Positions 34,237 to 45,595 of a stretch of DNA of 64,000 nt are shown here, piece by piece. The notes under the pieces are model-generated. The model saw only the letters and a list, made by a program, of their open reading frames with translations. It ran no database searches and had not been told where the DNA came from. The stretch spans positions 1-64,000 of the forward strand of contig JAVRCV020000005.1 in NCBI GenBank assembly GCA_034530615.2, read 5' to 3'. The DNA comes from Aulosira sp. ZfuVER01 (GTDB lineage Bacteria; Cyanobacteriota; Cyanobacteriia; Cyanobacteriales; Nostocaceae). Made by a program: the position numbers and the translations under genes. Position 1 is the stretch's first letter; the number at the start of each line of letters is the position of its first letter.

Positions 34237-34554
34237 CTAATTCCATAGACCCAATTCATTTTCCGATTCTAAGCAAAAATTGCTTGCTTTAACTAAATAA
34301 AATTGAGTGTTTGCATCATAATTATGATAATTGACTGGGTATTCTAGACGTTTTTTTATTAGTTTTAACTTCTCCCAAGCCATACTAATTCTTTCAGTTG
34401 CCTGGAATTTGCCTATCTTGCCAGTTTTGTATAATTTACAAATGTAAGACTTGTGGCGAAAAAAAGCAGATAGATAAGCTTGAAAAATCACATTTTCTGC
34501 TTTGATATCATTATATTCATAGCTGTAATCATCAATAATATTTTCTTGATTCAT
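34237..34554 (-). CDS. Small conserved-type cyanobacterial hypothetical protein
   Basis: FQAYLSAF...SYICKL..GKI..A.ERI...WEKLK resembles a widespread small cyanobacterial family; divergent copy. Confidence 0.55.
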   Translation of the reverse strand: MNQENIIDDYSYEYNDIKAENVIFQAYLSAFFRHKSYICKLYKTGKIGKFQATERISMAWEKLKLIKKRLEYPVNYHNYDANTQFYLVKASNFCLESENELGLWN

Positions 34555-34630
34555 AATTATTTTCTACTCAAAATACTTTATTAAACCCTTAAGATTATTT
34601 TTAATTAAGCCTGAATCATCATATATGAAA

Positions 34631-34746
34631 TATAGGATTTATCTTTAATTTTTGTAAAAATGTCCTAAATATTTACCTCGCTACTTTTCTTATTGCCTAT
34701 TGCCTGCCTCTACGACTCAGTTCACAAATCAAAGAAGATAGGTATA
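34631..34746. repeat. Degenerate MITE-like element
   Basis: TATAGGATTTATCTTTAATTTTTG ... CACAAATCAAAGAAGATAGGTATA imperfect inverted ends with internal TATTGCC repeats. Confidence 0.45.
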
Positions 34747-34749
34747 TGA

Positions 34750-35127
34750 TTACTTCCAACCCATCATACCTGCTACCTCTTCCGCCAGCTTCAAGGGGTC
34801 AAAAGGTTTTTTAATCACACCGACAATTCCTAAATCATTATATTGTTGATGCTTAGTCGGTTCAACTTTGGCAGTGATTAACATTACCGGTATACTTTGA
34901 GTTACAGGATTCTTTTTTAACTCTTTTAACACCGTAAATCCATCTATATCTGGCATCATCACATCAAGCAAAATAGCATTAAGATTTTCAGTTTGAGCTT
35001 TGAGTAAGCCCTCTTTGCCGGATTCAGCTTTTAGCACTGTCCAATCAGCTAAGTTTTCCAAACAGGCCTGAATCACTGTAGCTAAAGATTTTTCGTCATC
35101 AATCAAGAGAATACGCTTTGTGGACAT
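34750..35127 (-). CDS. Single-domain CheY-like response regulator
   Basis: ILLIDDE, ILLDVMMP, ITA, KPF. Confidence 0.95.
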   Translation of the reverse strand: MSTKRILLIDDEKSLATVIQACLENLADWTVLKAESGKEGLLKAQTENLNAILLDVMMPDIDGFTVLKELKKNPVTQSIPVMLITAKVEPTKHQQYNDLGIVGVIKKPFDPLKLAEEVAGMMGWK

Positions 35128-35164
35128 ATAAAAATGTCAATTTAAATCTCGAAATAGTAAAGAG

Positions 35165-35290
35165 ATAACGGTTCTTAATTGAGTACAAAACACTTTTTTC
35201 TGCTGAGATAAGCTTTTTGCCTTCCTAAGCCAGGCAAGATACATATCCCTCAAAATATATGCTGTATTTAATGCAACTGAGAACCGCTAT
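35165..35290. mobile_element. MITE-like element (126 bp)
   Basis: Terminal inverted repeats ATAACGGTTCTTAATTG / CAACTGAGAACCGCTAT (14 of 17 positions match). Confidence 0.6.
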
Positions 35291-35498
35291 ATTAGTTTTT
35301 GCCAAGAAAAGAGGTCAAATTGTCAGCCAAACTATTTCCTGATGTCCTATTGATGAACGTGTTCCAACTAACTATTTTTAAAGTTAAAGGATAATTATGA
35401 GGAAATTCTGAGTATTTATGGCTAAGGCTGCAAAATTCATATTTGACGCAATGCCCTACCCCATGCCCTTGCGGGTGGGCTTTTTATTTGGAAGTCCC

Positions 35499-35879
35499 TT
35501 AAAACTGCCATCCCAGAGTGCTTGCAACTAGTTCCGAGAGACGCAACGGATCAAATGGTTTGGGAATTACTCCTGCGACTCCCAACTGAGAAAATTCATT
35601 TAAGTCTACTGTCTGTACTTTAGCCGTTAGTAAAATAACTGGAATTTCGCGGGTAGTTGAATTGTCTTGCAATTTCTGAAAAAGTGCCATTCCGTCTATA
35701 TCTGGCATCATTACATCTAAGAGAATTGCATCCGGATGTTCAGTTGTGGCTAAAGCTAAACCTTCACTACCAGACTGTGCTACAAGTACTTGCCAATTCC
35801 CGATATATTCTAAACAGGCTTGAATTACAGTACACAGATTTTTTTCATCATCAATTACTAAGATACGTTTTGCGAGCAT
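35499..35879 (-). CDS. Single-domain CheY-like response regulator (paralog of 34750-35127)
   Basis: ILVIDDE, ILLDVMMP, LTAK, KPFDPL. Confidence 0.95.
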   Translation of the reverse strand: MLAKRILVIDDEKNLCTVIQACLEYIGNWQVLVAQSGSEGLALATTEHPDAILLDVMMPDIDGMALFQKLQDNSTTREIPVILLTAKVQTVDLNEFSQLGVAGVIPKPFDPLRLSELVASTLGWQF

Positions 35880-35883
35880 GGTA

Positions 35884-37755
35884 TCAAACTGGCTGTTGAT
35901 AATATTTATGTAATAATTTCTTTCTTAGATCTGTCCGTTCTAACCTGTTTAAAATCCGGGCAACTAATTCTGGTTCGACAATTGGTTTTCTAACATAGTC
36001 GTCAGCTCCAACAGCATAAACTTTATATAGTATTTCTGGTTCAAAGTGAGCAGAAAGAAATAGTACAGGTAAGCGGTTCCAAGAGCGATCGCTGCGTATT
36101 GCTTGGCATAAATCTATACCATTAAAACATGGCATCTCAACATCTAAAATCAGCAGATCGGGTTTAGTAGATTCCAATACTTCCCACAATTTTTGAGACT
36201 CTTGTAATGGTATAACTTGCAATCCCCAAGGCGATAGCAAACTGCTAACCTGATGTAGCACTAAAGGATCGTCATCCACTACTAGAACTTTGGCTTCGGT
36301 GGTAACTTGTTGGTTGAGTGCTATATTGACTGCGGTCAGCACTTCAACAACAGACATGGGTTTGTTTAAAAAGCTATATACCCCTAAACGTGCAGCTTCT
36401 ACTCTGTGCTGCAGTTGATTGCTATTAGTAAATACTAAGACAGGAATCTCCGGATGATTTTGTGTTAGTTCTGTCAGTAGCGTGAAACCATTTTCTTCTT
36501 GGTCAGGAAATGATAGCTCGAGTAAGATGACTTCGGGGGGATTTAGGGCTAGTATAGTTCTCGCTGTTTTTGGATTTGCTGCTACCTCTACATGAAAACC
36601 CCAAGATACTGCTTCTAATTTAATACGTTCGGTCAGTGTGGTATCGCCATCAACAATTAGCAGTTGTACCGATTTAATTTGCGAGATGCTAGGGTTAGCA
36701 GTTGCAGATGGCTGTTGCTGAAATGTTTGTTTCAGTAATTTGACTAACTCTGTCAACTGCAAAGCTACACTCTGGTAGGGGCTGGTATGCTTGTCTAGCA
36801 ACTGTTCTATTTCCCGTGCTATCTTGGAACCTTCCAACAATCCATAACACCCGGAAGAACCAGCTAGGCGGTGGGCTTCGGCTTGTGCTTGTTTTAGTAT
36901 ATTTTTATCTGGATTGACAGTTGATAATTGAGCGATCGCTTGTTGTAATATTTCAAACTTTTCTGGAAAACTCTTCTCAAACTCTTCCCGCATCTTTGCC
37001 ACTACAGCCATAATCTTGGCTTCGGCTTGGCCTATATCTGAGAGTTCGCAACTATAAACTGTTTTGCCGGTAGACTTTTTGGGTTCCTCTTTCAGGCGAT
37101 AACCCAACCCATAGACGGTTTCGATCAAATCTGCGGTCATTCCTACAGCTTTTAGCTTCTGTCGCAAACCCTTAATGTGGGTGGTTACAGCTTCTTCTCC
37201 AGGAAACTCATCAGCAGTCCAAATTCTATCTAGTAGGACACTTCTACTAAATATTCTGCGGGGATTTTCCAGAAACAGTTCTAATAAACCATACTCTTTA
37301 GGCGTCAAGTGCAGGCGCTTCCCTGCATACATGACTTCTTTGATATTAGTATCAAGTTCTAAATTCTCCCAAACTAGCAATTTCCCTAAAATTGCCTTTC
37401 CCCGCCGCATTAATGCCCGAATTCTTGCTATTAGCTCAGACAACTCAAAAGGTTTGACAATATAATCATCCGCACCCGCTTCTAATCCAATGACTCGCAC
37501 GCTAGTGTCTTCCTTCGCAGTCAGCATCAGAATGGGCATTTGATATCCTTCTAAGCGGATTTGCCGACAAAGGCTAATTCCATCTAGTTTTGGCAGTATT
37601 ACATCTAATATCAGTAAGTCATAATCAAATGCTTTGACCAACTCTAGACCTTTTTGTCCATCACTAGTAGTCTCAATTTGATAATTAAGTGTTGAAAGTG
37701 CTTCTACAAGCACTGAAGTTATTTGTTTATCATCTTCTATTAAGAGAATTTTCAC
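35884..37755 (-). CDS. Multidomain OmpR-type regulator: REC-wHTH-Hpt-REC-REC (RcaC-like architecture)
   Basis: N-terminal REC (LILDV), wHTH (IETVYGLGYRL), Hpt (AHRLAGSSG) and two C-terminal receivers. Confidence 0.92.
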   Translation of the reverse strand: MKILLIEDDKQITSVLVEALSTLNYQIETTSDGQKGLELVKAFDYDLLILDVILPKLDGISLCRQIRLEGYQMPILMLTAKEDTSVRVIGLEAGADDYIVKPFELSELIARIRALMRRGKAILGKLLVWENLELDTNIKEVMYAGKRLHLTPKEYGLLELFLENPRRIFSRSVLLDRIWTADEFPGEEAVTTHIKGLRQKLKAVGMTADLIETVYGLGYRLKEEPKKSTGKTVYSCELSDIGQAEAKIMAVVAKMREEFEKSFPEKFEILQQAIAQLSTVNPDKNILKQAQAEAHRLAGSSGCYGLLEGSKIAREIEQLLDKHTSPYQSVALQLTELVKLLKQTFQQQPSATANPSISQIKSVQLLIVDGDTTLTERIKLEAVSWGFHVEVAANPKTARTILALNPPEVILLELSFPDQEENGFTLLTELTQNHPEIPVLVFTNSNQLQHRVEAARLGVYSFLNKPMSVVEVLTAVNIALNQQVTTEAKVLVVDDDPLVLHQVSSLLSPWGLQVIPLQESQKLWEVLESTKPDLLILDVEMPCFNGIDLCQAIRSDRSWNRLPVLFLSAHFEPEILYKVYAVGADDYVRKPIVEPELVARILNRLERTDLRKKLLHKYYQQPV

Positions 37756-38165
37756 AGAATTTTTCCGGAAGCAGGTATTAATTTTTACAAAAATTAACTT
37801 TAAATATTAAAAATATTACGTAAATTTAGGCAAGTTTAACTCATCCGCTAGGAATATTAATTCCTTCACTACAAAACTTTGAATGATTATCTATAACAAT
37901 ATAACTTTGTTATCTATCAAGCGTGTCTATTCACAATCGATTCAGTCACTCACTGATAAAAAATTTCACAACTCAGCATGAAATATCTAGCTTAGTGTAG
38001 AGCTACCAATGACCAACCTACACGTATATCAAAATATCAAATAGTAAAAATCTTGTAGAAAGCACAATTTTCAAATTGGCCACTCCCAAAAACCCAGATC
38101 TATCTTGGTATGGTTGGGTATTTGCTCTGCGTTGACAAAGGGAAACACTTATCTATATTGAAACC

Positions 38166-38268
38166 CAAAACCGGAATCTGTACGGCAGAGTACCTTCCTA
38201 CCACAAAGACCTTATGAGAAAATCTTCTCTATGCTTATATCCAAAGGCGGCTCACTCTCTAGCCTTTT
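38166..38268 (+). ncRNA. Putative sRNA (possible PsrR1/SyR1 homolog)
   Basis: TTGACA (38132) and TATATT (38154) promoter boxes, no sizeable ORF, and a terminator AAAGGC..GCCTTTT. The core CGGAATCTGTACGGCAGAG resembles my recollection of PsrR1. Confidence 0.45.
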
Positions 38269-38366
38269 AAATCCCGCACTTTGATATTGTGGCACAATAG
38301 GGAATTAAAAATTAAAAATCAAAAAAAGTTCTGATTTTTAATTTTTAATTACACTCCTTGCGGAGA

Positions 38367-38873
38367 TTAATTTGTAGTTTGTGCGGCTAGCATCTGCTTC
38401 AGCTTTTCTAATTCCGAAGCCCAACGGGGATCTGGACGAATAGCATCTGAGTCAGATGTTGTGGTGGTATTTTCGCGTCCACCACCACTGCTACCACCAC
38501 GGCGAGGCTTCTTAGAACTTTTCTCGCGACGGTTGCTTTCTTTATGTGTAACAGGAGCCGCAGTAGCGCTACCAGAACTTTGGGCTGCTTTGGGCGCTTG
38601 CTCCTCACCCTCTTCTCCCTTATTGCGAGGTAATGCCTTTTCTAGCTTGATCGCAGTGTCTTTGAACATCTGACCATTATATTTTTCAATAATTTGATCG
38701 GCTTGTTCATCATTATTGACCGTAAGAAAACCGAAGCCACGGCATTTCCCTGTTTTTCGGTCTTTAATTAGTTTTGTGGTGACAGCATCACCTTCAGCAG
38801 CAAACACTGCTTGCAGTTCTTGACGATCTATTTCTTCTTTTGGCAAATTACCTATATATAGGCGAACAGACAT
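38367..38873 (-). CDS. rbpG: RRM RNA-binding protein (long class II type)
   Basis: RNP2 LYIGNL, RNP1 RGFGFL, C-terminal PDPRWA motif. Confidence 0.85.
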   Translation of the reverse strand: MSVRLYIGNLPKEEIDRQELQAVFAAEGDAVTTKLIKDRKTGKCRGFGFLTVNNDEQADQIIEKYNGQMFKDTAIKLEKALPRNKGEEGEEQAPKAAQSSGSATAAPVTHKESNRREKSSKKPRRGGSSGGGRENTTTTSDSDAIRPDPRWASELEKLKQMLAAQTTN

Positions 38874-39458
38874 GAACTATACCTCCAGAGTTGAATAAAA
38901 ATGGCAAAGTGAGAAAACTATCGCTTGGCTTTGGCTATTACATAGATGCTATTGACCAAGATTGCCATAAACCAATTTTTTGACTCAAAACTGTCAACCT
39001 ATACAATACAATTTTTCGTCGGGATCAAGCTTGTTTAATACAAAAGCGTACACGACGCTCAATTACATACCACCTTAATTCTAAGAATTGTAAATTATTA
39101 GTTTACTACCTGTTAAAGTAAACTTTTATTTTATGCCCTTGTTCGCAGAATAAAACACCATTCCTTACATTATCACGGTATTTTCTACGTAGCTAGTTCA
39201 GCGCATACATTTCTGGCATATACTTCAACCGAATTGTAACATAAAATACATTTTTTTCTCAACAGGGGATATTTGGAAACAAAAACCAGCCAATGGCTGG
39301 TTGATTTACTGCTGTGTTGGGAGAATAACAAAGATAGATTGGCGTAAGCTTTGGCGATTCATAACTGAGCTAGCGTGCTGAGTTATGTTGATTAGCAAAG
39401 ATTGTGTAAACAAATGTAACACTTGCCAAAATAAACTGCAATGTTTCTTTACGTTTTT

Positions 39459-39610
39459 TGGGAATTGGGCATTGGGCAAACAACGAGTGTGGGAGGTGTG
39501 GGAAGATGGGGAAGAACTAAGTATGGTTGCTTTCTCCCCGTACTGCCCACACTCCCCTCTCTCCCCACACTCCCTTGTCCCCCTTGTCTTCTTCATCTCC
39601 CTCATCCCCT
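39459..39610. repeat. STRR-type short tandem repeats in inverted arrangement
   Basis: GGGCATT and GAGTGTGGG-like units facing TCCCCACAC/TCCCCTTG units. Confidence 0.7.
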
Positions 39611-41833
39611 CTAACCTCTCAAGAAAATGAAAGCTCCCCAGGCCTGAGCTGCAACTGCTAAGACAGTAGACCACATAGGATGAGCGCTGTTAATGGTTTT
39701 ACCATTTTGAGTTTGTAGGGATTGGATATCAATCCAGGGGGTTGCGCCTCGCCGGAACCAGCCGACAACAGTAATCTGCCGACCAATCCAGTCTTGAGGA
39801 TTGATTGATTGCCCCAGCCAAGGAATGTGATGTAATTTCACTAAGCCGATGTTAGATTGCAGAATTAAGTCTTGTGCTAGGCAGTTGCCAACGCCTTGAC
39901 GACCTAATAGCTTACCGGCAAGGCAGACGTTAATGCTGTCGATGGGCATAGCAGATGGATTAGCTAACAGGTTTGGCAGGCGATCGTCAGTTTGCACATT
40001 AGCTGGTTGGATATCGGGAAAGAAAGCATTCATCCGAATTACCATACCGATACTAAAGCCAATCAATAAGCAACCTGTAACGAATGACCAATCCTCATAT
40101 ATCCATTTGAGGTTCAAAATCTTCATTGCAAATGCTATTTGCCACAGCAGCCAGATCAGACCGGCAAACAATAATCCTAGAGGAATTCCCAACCAAGGTG
40201 CTATTTGTAAGAGGAAGGGCTGAGGCTTACCTCGTAAAGCTTGTTCGCTGGTAAGATGTAGTTCTGGTTCTAAATGCCAGTGACGAGCGATTTTGCAGAG
40301 GCGTTGGATGCGATCGCCAATCAAAGGATGACTGTTGTTGAGTGTAAACCAACGGCGATAGGGATTGAAATTTTCCCACATCAATAAAGATGTAAAGGGA
40401 ATATGACCCGCCACACTACCCAAAGATATACTTTGTTGATAGCTAACTGGTGCCAGGATATTCAAACTTTCTAACTGCCAACTGGTTTGTTCTTGTTTGG
40501 CAATATCAGCAGCAACACCAATAGTAATTTTTAGTAAGGCGCGAATTAGGGCATTAGGATTCCCAGTAATTTCTGAGCCTGAGCGATCGCTATAATAAAG
40601 CCGCAACTTAGACAACCACAAAGCCGTACCCGTCAGCAAACACCAAATGCCATAAGCGAGACTAGCTAAAATTGTGGCTGGCCAACGCCAAACTCCTTGA
40701 TATTTACTTCCCCACTCTGATATGTACTGATACAGCCTGTAAACAGTCATTGTCACCAGCATTACCAGAGACATCACGACAAAATCTCTATGCACAATCT
40801 GCCCGAACTGTGCGGCGTAGATGACGGCAATTTCATCATCTGCTAGTTGTTCTAATAGTCCTTGACTGACTACAATCCGGGCATTACGGGCGAGATTACC
40901 GTATGTTAGCGCCATTGGGGCAGCAATTGGCAAAATCCGCAGTTTAGGAAACTGCCAACCTCGCTGTTGGCAAGAACGCTGTAGTACCCGAATCGCTTCC
41001 CGACTGTAGCCATTTAAAATATCTTTGGACAACTCTTGCTGCCCATAAAATTTTTTCAATAGCCAATCTAGTAACCAAGGCGACAATACCATTGCGATCG
41101 CCAATACCACGAACACAACCACGGTTGGATCGCGATATAAAAATTGCAATGGCTTGACGTAAGGTAGCTTGACTAAAATCTGATTGGTTAAACCCATTGC
41201 TAGCCGGAGCATTTCTCGCATCACCCAAAACAGAGCGATAAATGTTCCTGCTGCCAGTAATTTTAAAGGTATTAAATTCAGCTTATGCAGGGGTTGCCAA
41301 ACTTTAGCTCGTCCTGCATGACGCCAATAAATGTTGAATGATTTAGCTTGTGGACGGTTGACACCGATGAAGCTACTGGGGCCAATAGGAGTTTCTACAT
41401 TGGGATTTTTAAAGCCACCAGCTGGTATGGTGGTTGAAGTATTAGTGGCTTTTACCACTGTTGGTTTTGCCTGCTGTGGCGATTTAGCAGCATCCTGATT
41501 GGAATTATCAAAAGCGACAAATCCAGTTGCAGAATTTTTTGATGATGTATTTTGACGTTTTTGGCGTTTTTGCAAATGTTCAAGAGCGCGTTCTGCCCAC
41601 TCTTGAACTTGGGGATTAGGACTCTCAAGCAGATTTTGACAAAGGGCGATCGCTTTGGAGACTTGGCCGCTGCGTGCATAAGCCATCACTAAGCCCACCT
41701 TGGCTTGCAAACCAGCATTCCCTGTCTTCTGAGTGCTAGCCACAGGCTCTAACTGAGCGATCGCACTTTGATAATTTCCCTGCTTGAGAGCAACTAAACC
41801 AGCCTCCAAAGACAATTCGGCATGTGAAGGCAT
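39611..41833 (-). CDS. TPR + M48 (HtpX-like) membrane protein with a degenerate zinc motif
   Basis: N-terminal TPR, IVVSQGLLEQL, TGNPNALIRAL, SHPLIGDRI. The HExxH position reads AQFGQ. Confidence 0.85.
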   Translation of the reverse strand: MPSHAELSLEAGLVALKQGNYQSAIAQLEPVASTQKTGNAGLQAKVGLVMAYARSGQVSKAIALCQNLLESPNPQVQEWAERALEHLQKRQKRQNTSSKNSATGFVAFDNSNQDAAKSPQQAKPTVVKATNTSTTIPAGGFKNPNVETPIGPSSFIGVNRPQAKSFNIYWRHAGRAKVWQPLHKLNLIPLKLLAAGTFIALFWVMREMLRLAMGLTNQILVKLPYVKPLQFLYRDPTVVVFVVLAIAMVLSPWLLDWLLKKFYGQQELSKDILNGYSREAIRVLQRSCQQRGWQFPKLRILPIAAPMALTYGNLARNARIVVSQGLLEQLADDEIAVIYAAQFGQIVHRDFVVMSLVMLVTMTVYRLYQYISEWGSKYQGVWRWPATILASLAYGIWCLLTGTALWLSKLRLYYSDRSGSEITGNPNALIRALLKITIGVAADIAKQEQTSWQLESLNILAPVSYQQSISLGSVAGHIPFTSLLMWENFNPYRRWFTLNNSHPLIGDRIQRLCKIARHWHLEPELHLTSEQALRGKPQPFLLQIAPWLGIPLGLLFAGLIWLLWQIAFAMKILNLKWIYEDWSFVTGCLLIGFSIGMVIRMNAFFPDIQPANVQTDDRLPNLLANPSAMPIDSINVCLAGKLLGRQGVGNCLAQDLILQSNIGLVKLHHIPWLGQSINPQDWIGRQITVVGWFRRGATPWIDIQSLQTQNGKTINSAHPMWSTVLAVAAQAWGAFIFLRG

Positions 41834-41926
41834 AGAAATTTTGGCACTCCCATCTCTTCTAATTAATCCAAGTTTGCGCCTAAGCGCATGAATTTAGATA
41901 CCCCAGCCAAGCAATCGCGTCCGGAA

Positions 41927-43555
41927 TTATCCCTCCACTGGTTGTTGACCGGAATATACTGGAGCGATCGCGCTTAATTTCAACTCTGGATGATCTCCCT
42001 GTAACTGTTGACAGTTCCATTCGTTGCGGAATAGCAATACTGGGCGTCCCATGCTGTCTTTAACTGTGGTGGTGTTAAATACACGTCCCACCTGATTCAA
42101 AGCTTCCCAACCGCCATCTACCCAACGGGCGACGCTATAGGGCAGCAAGTCTAAGATGGTTTCTACACCATACTCATTTTGTAAGCGAAACTGCACTACC
42201 TCAAATTGCAACTGACCCACCGCCGCTAAAATTGGATCGCGTTTGGCTTCATCAATTGAGTACATAATTTGTACTGCACCTTCTTCGCGCAATTCCGAGA
42301 TGCCTTTTTGAAATTGCTTAAATTTTGAAGGGTTGGGGTTTCTCAGAGTCGCAAACAATTCTGGTGAGAAATAAGGAATTCCCTCATATTCCAGCTTTTG
42401 CCCAGTGTAAATCGTATCGCCAATAGCAAAAACACCAGGATTGTTTAAACCAATCACATCGCCAGGATAAGCTTCATCAATTGATTCTCGCTCTTGAGCA
42501 AAGAGTTTTTGCGGGCGAGACAGACGTACGACTTTCCCTGTGCGGGCGTGAGTCACCGTCATATCTTTTTCAAACTTACCTGTGCAGACGCGGATAAACG
42601 CCACGCGATCGCGGTGCTTCGGGTCCATGTTAGCCTGGAGTTTGAAGACAAAGCCAGAAAACTCCGGGTAGGTAGGAGGAACTTCACCCACACTGCTATT
42701 GTGATTGCCTGGTTTCAAGGCATAGTCCAAGAAGGAATTCAAGAATAGCTCTACCCCAAAGTTGGTCATGGCACTACCAAAGAACACTGGCGTCATTTTT
42801 CCTTGATGTACCAAATCTAAATTCAGTTCCGGCCCTACACCTTCTAATAGTTCTAAATCGTTTTTGAGTTGGTAGTAGAGATCTTGTTCTAGCAGTTCCT
42901 CAATTCTGGCATCACCCAAATCGACTATGGTATCTCTAGCTTCTTTGCTACCGTGGGCACTACGTTCAAAAAGGTGAATTTGTTGTTGATCGCGGTCAAA
43001 CACACCTTTAAAGCGATCGCCCATGCCAATTGGCCAGTTAACTGCATAGGTCTGCAATCCTAATTCTTGCTCAATCTCGTCCAACAATTCCAGAGGCTCT
43101 CTCCCCGGACGGTCGAGTTTATTAACAAACGTAAAAATTGGGATACCGCGTAACTTACAAACTTCAAATAATTTGCGAGTTTGCGGTTCTAAACCTTTTG
43201 CCGCATCAATCAGCATCACCGCGTTATCTGCGGCGGCGAGAGTGCGATAAGTATCTTCACTGAAATCTTGGTGTCCTGGAGTATCTAACAAATTTACCTG
43301 ACAACCTTGGTAGGCAAATTGTAATACTGTAGATGTAATAGAAATACCCCGTTGTTGTTCCATTGCCATCCAGTCAGAGGTAGCCTTACGCTGTGCCCGT
43401 CGTGCCTTGACTGCACCAGCTTCGTGAATTGCGCCTCCGTATAACAGAAGTTTTTCTGTAAGTGTCGTTTTCCCCGCGTCTGGGTGAGAAATAATCGCAA
43501 AGTTGCGGCGAAGTTCAACTGCTTTTTGCAGATCTGACTCAAGTTCAGTTGACAT
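41927..43555 (-). CDS. prfC: Peptide chain release factor 3
   Basis: [38 protein letters not shown]. Confidence 0.98.
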   Translation of the reverse strand: MSTELESDLQKAVELRRNFAIISHPDAGKTTLTEKLLLYGGAIHEAGAVKARRAQRKATSDWMAMEQQRGISITSTVLQFAYQGCQVNLLDTPGHQDFSEDTYRTLAAADNAVMLIDAAKGLEPQTRKLFEVCKLRGIPIFTFVNKLDRPGREPLELLDEIEQELGLQTYAVNWPIGMGDRFKGVFDRDQQQIHLFERSAHGSKEARDTIVDLGDARIEELLEQDLYYQLKNDLELLEGVGPELNLDLVHQGKMTPVFFGSAMTNFGVELFLNSFLDYALKPGNHNSSVGEVPPTYPEFSGFVFKLQANMDPKHRDRVAFIRVCTGKFEKDMTVTHARTGKVVRLSRPQKLFAQERESIDEAYPGDVIGLNNPGVFAIGDTIYTGQKLEYEGIPYFSPELFATLRNPNPSKFKQFQKGISELREEGAVQIMYSIDEAKRDPILAAVGQLQFEVVQFRLQNEYGVETILDLLPYSVARWVDGGWEALNQVGRVFNTTTVKDSMGRPVLLFRNEWNCQQLQGDHPELKLSAIAPVYSGQQPVEG

Positions 43556-43669
43556 AAGTGTATTTGTTTGCTTGCTATTAACTTAGCTTAATTTTTTTTG
43601 AGTTTGGTGAGTCTTTTCATCTTAAAACAAGGACGCACGCGATCGGGTCGTAATATCACTCAGGTAAGA

Positions 43670-43960
43670 GGGAACAGTGAACAGGGAACAGGAAAAGAAG
43701 AAATAACTACTGACCAATGACAAATGACCCTTGACTCCTACATAAGAAAATGCCAAAGAATCTATTAATTTACATTTAAATGTATGGCTTTATGGAAAAA
43801 TAGATTGCAGCAGTACTTTGACTCACTTTAGGATTTTCTATTCCCTTAAGAGTTATTGGGTATCTACTACACCAAGGACTAAATATTTAGTTCATTGTCA
43901 TTAGTCATTGGTCATTGGTATTAACAAAGAAAAACGGACAAATGATGAATGACAAATGAG
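43670..43960. repeat. STRR heptamer repeats (GGGAACA, TCATT(G/A)G, TGACAAA)
   Basis: Tandem heptamers between prfC and hemB. Confidence 0.6.
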
Positions 43961-44226
43961 TATCTAATTTAGATGCGCATTAGATTACGCATTACCGAAT
44001 TTCTTTAATTAATTTCAGGGAATTTTTAATCTTGTTTTTTTTAGCAGTGCGTCGAAGAGATGTCTGCCACGCTGTACAATACGAAATTGCCCCACAGCTT
44101 CATCAACAGTAGGGCAAAGGACAGTTAAGCACTGCTCGTAGTCTGTCCTAACTGAGTAAGGTTTTTCCTTGCTTTTGTGACGCTTTATGTTGTGTCCATT
44201 TGCTTTGTAATTCTTCATAAAACTTT

Positions 44227-45207
44227 ATGTTTCCAACTCACCGCCCCCGCCGTCTGCGTACCCATCCCCAACTGCGCCGGATGGTACGTGAAACTCTTTT
44301 ATCCACTAGTGATTTAATTTACCCATTGTTTGCAGTACCAGGCGAGGGAATTGCTAATGAAGTGAAATCCATGCCTGGTGTTTATCAACTATCGGTAGAC
44401 AAAATTGTTGAAGAGGCAAAGGAAGTTTATGACCTAGGAATTCCCGCGATCATTCTGTTTGGAATTCCCGCAGATAAAGATGTCGATGCTACTGGTGCTT
44501 GGCATGATTGTGGGATTGTACAAAAAGCAGCTACTGCGGTGAAGGAAGCTGTACCAGATTTGATTGTTGTAGCTGATACTTGTCTATGTGAATATACAAG
44601 TCATGGTCACTGCGGTTACTTACAAGTCGGTGATTTAACGGGAAGGGTATTAAATGACCCCACCCTAGAATTACTCAAAAAAACAGCAGTTTCCCAAGCC
44701 AAAGCTGGTGCTGATATTATTGCGCCTTCCGGGATGATGGATGGCTTTGTGCAGGCAATTCGTGCGGGTTTGGATGAAGCAGGATTCCAGGATACGCCGA
44801 TTATGTCCTATGCGGCTAAGTATGCTTCAGCTTACTACGGGCCATTCCGGGATGCTGCAGACTCCACTCCACAATTTGGTGACAGAAGAACTTACCAAAT
44901 GGATCCAGGTAACGCTCGCGAAGCAATTAAAGAAATTGAACTTGATGTCGCTGAAGGCGCTGATATGCTGATGGTGAAGCCAGCATTGGCATACATGGAC
45001 ATCATTTGGCGCGTTAAGGAAGCCAGCAACCTCCCCGTTGCAGCCTATAACGTTTCGGGTGAGTATTCCATGATTAAAGCTGCGGCCCTCAATGGTTGGA
45101 TTGATGAACAGCGTGTAGTAATGGAAACTTTAACTGGATTTAAACGCGCTGGTGCAGACTTGATTTTGACCTACCATGCCAAAGATGCTGCACGCTGGTT
45201 ACGGTAA
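44227..45207 (+). CDS. hemB: Porphobilinogen synthase (ALA dehydratase)
   Basis: [30 protein letters not shown]. Confidence 0.98.
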   Translation: MFPTHRPRRLRTHPQLRRMVRETLLSTSDLIYPLFAVPGEGIANEVKSMPGVYQLSVDKIVEEAKEVYDLGIPAIILFGIPADKDVDATGAWHDCGIVQKAATAVKEAVPDLIVVADTCLCEYTSHGHCGYLQVGDLTGRVLNDPTLELLKKTAVSQAKAGADIIAPSGMMDGFVQAIRAGLDEAGFQDTPIMSYAAKYASAYYGPFRDAADSTPQFGDRRTYQMDPGNAREAIKEIELDVAEGADMLMVKPALAYMDIIWRVKEASNLPVAAYNVSGEYSMIKAAALNGWIDEQRVVMETLTGFKRAGADLILTYHAKDAARWLR

Positions 45208-45440
45208 GCTACACAACTAATCTAACGAACGAGCAATCGTTATCAGAAATCTCACGCATAGGTATAAAGGCGCAAGCTGGATTGAGTGTCTTAGTATCTG
45301 GGCGTGAGATTCTTGTTGGAATAAATTATAGTTTTGTGCATATGCTCAACAAAACTAGAGTATTTACAGAGATTGGCAACACTGAGCATTACTATTAGGC
45401 ACGAGTAAGTGCGGAGTTTTGTCTTTTTAAAAGTAGGTTT

Positions 45441-45456
45441 TGTACGAGATAGTACA
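45441..45456. promoter_or_regulatory. Consensus NtcA-type palindrome upstream of the XRE gene
   Basis: TGTA-CGAGATAG-TACA. Confidence 0.4.
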
Positions 45457-45595
45457 CAAATAAAAAGTTATTTCGTTTGCAAGAGAGAAGGCGATCGCTT
45501 ATAAATGAATATAGTTAATAAAATTTCCGTAACTGACATTTACTGTCAATCGATTTAATAAATACAATCTAAGTTTTTTCAAGGGAGCATGAAAT

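Noticed and set aside
39306..39674. ORFs 39306-39674, 39385-39630 and 48402-48692 as proteins
   Set aside because: Their low-complexity translations derive from STRR repeats.
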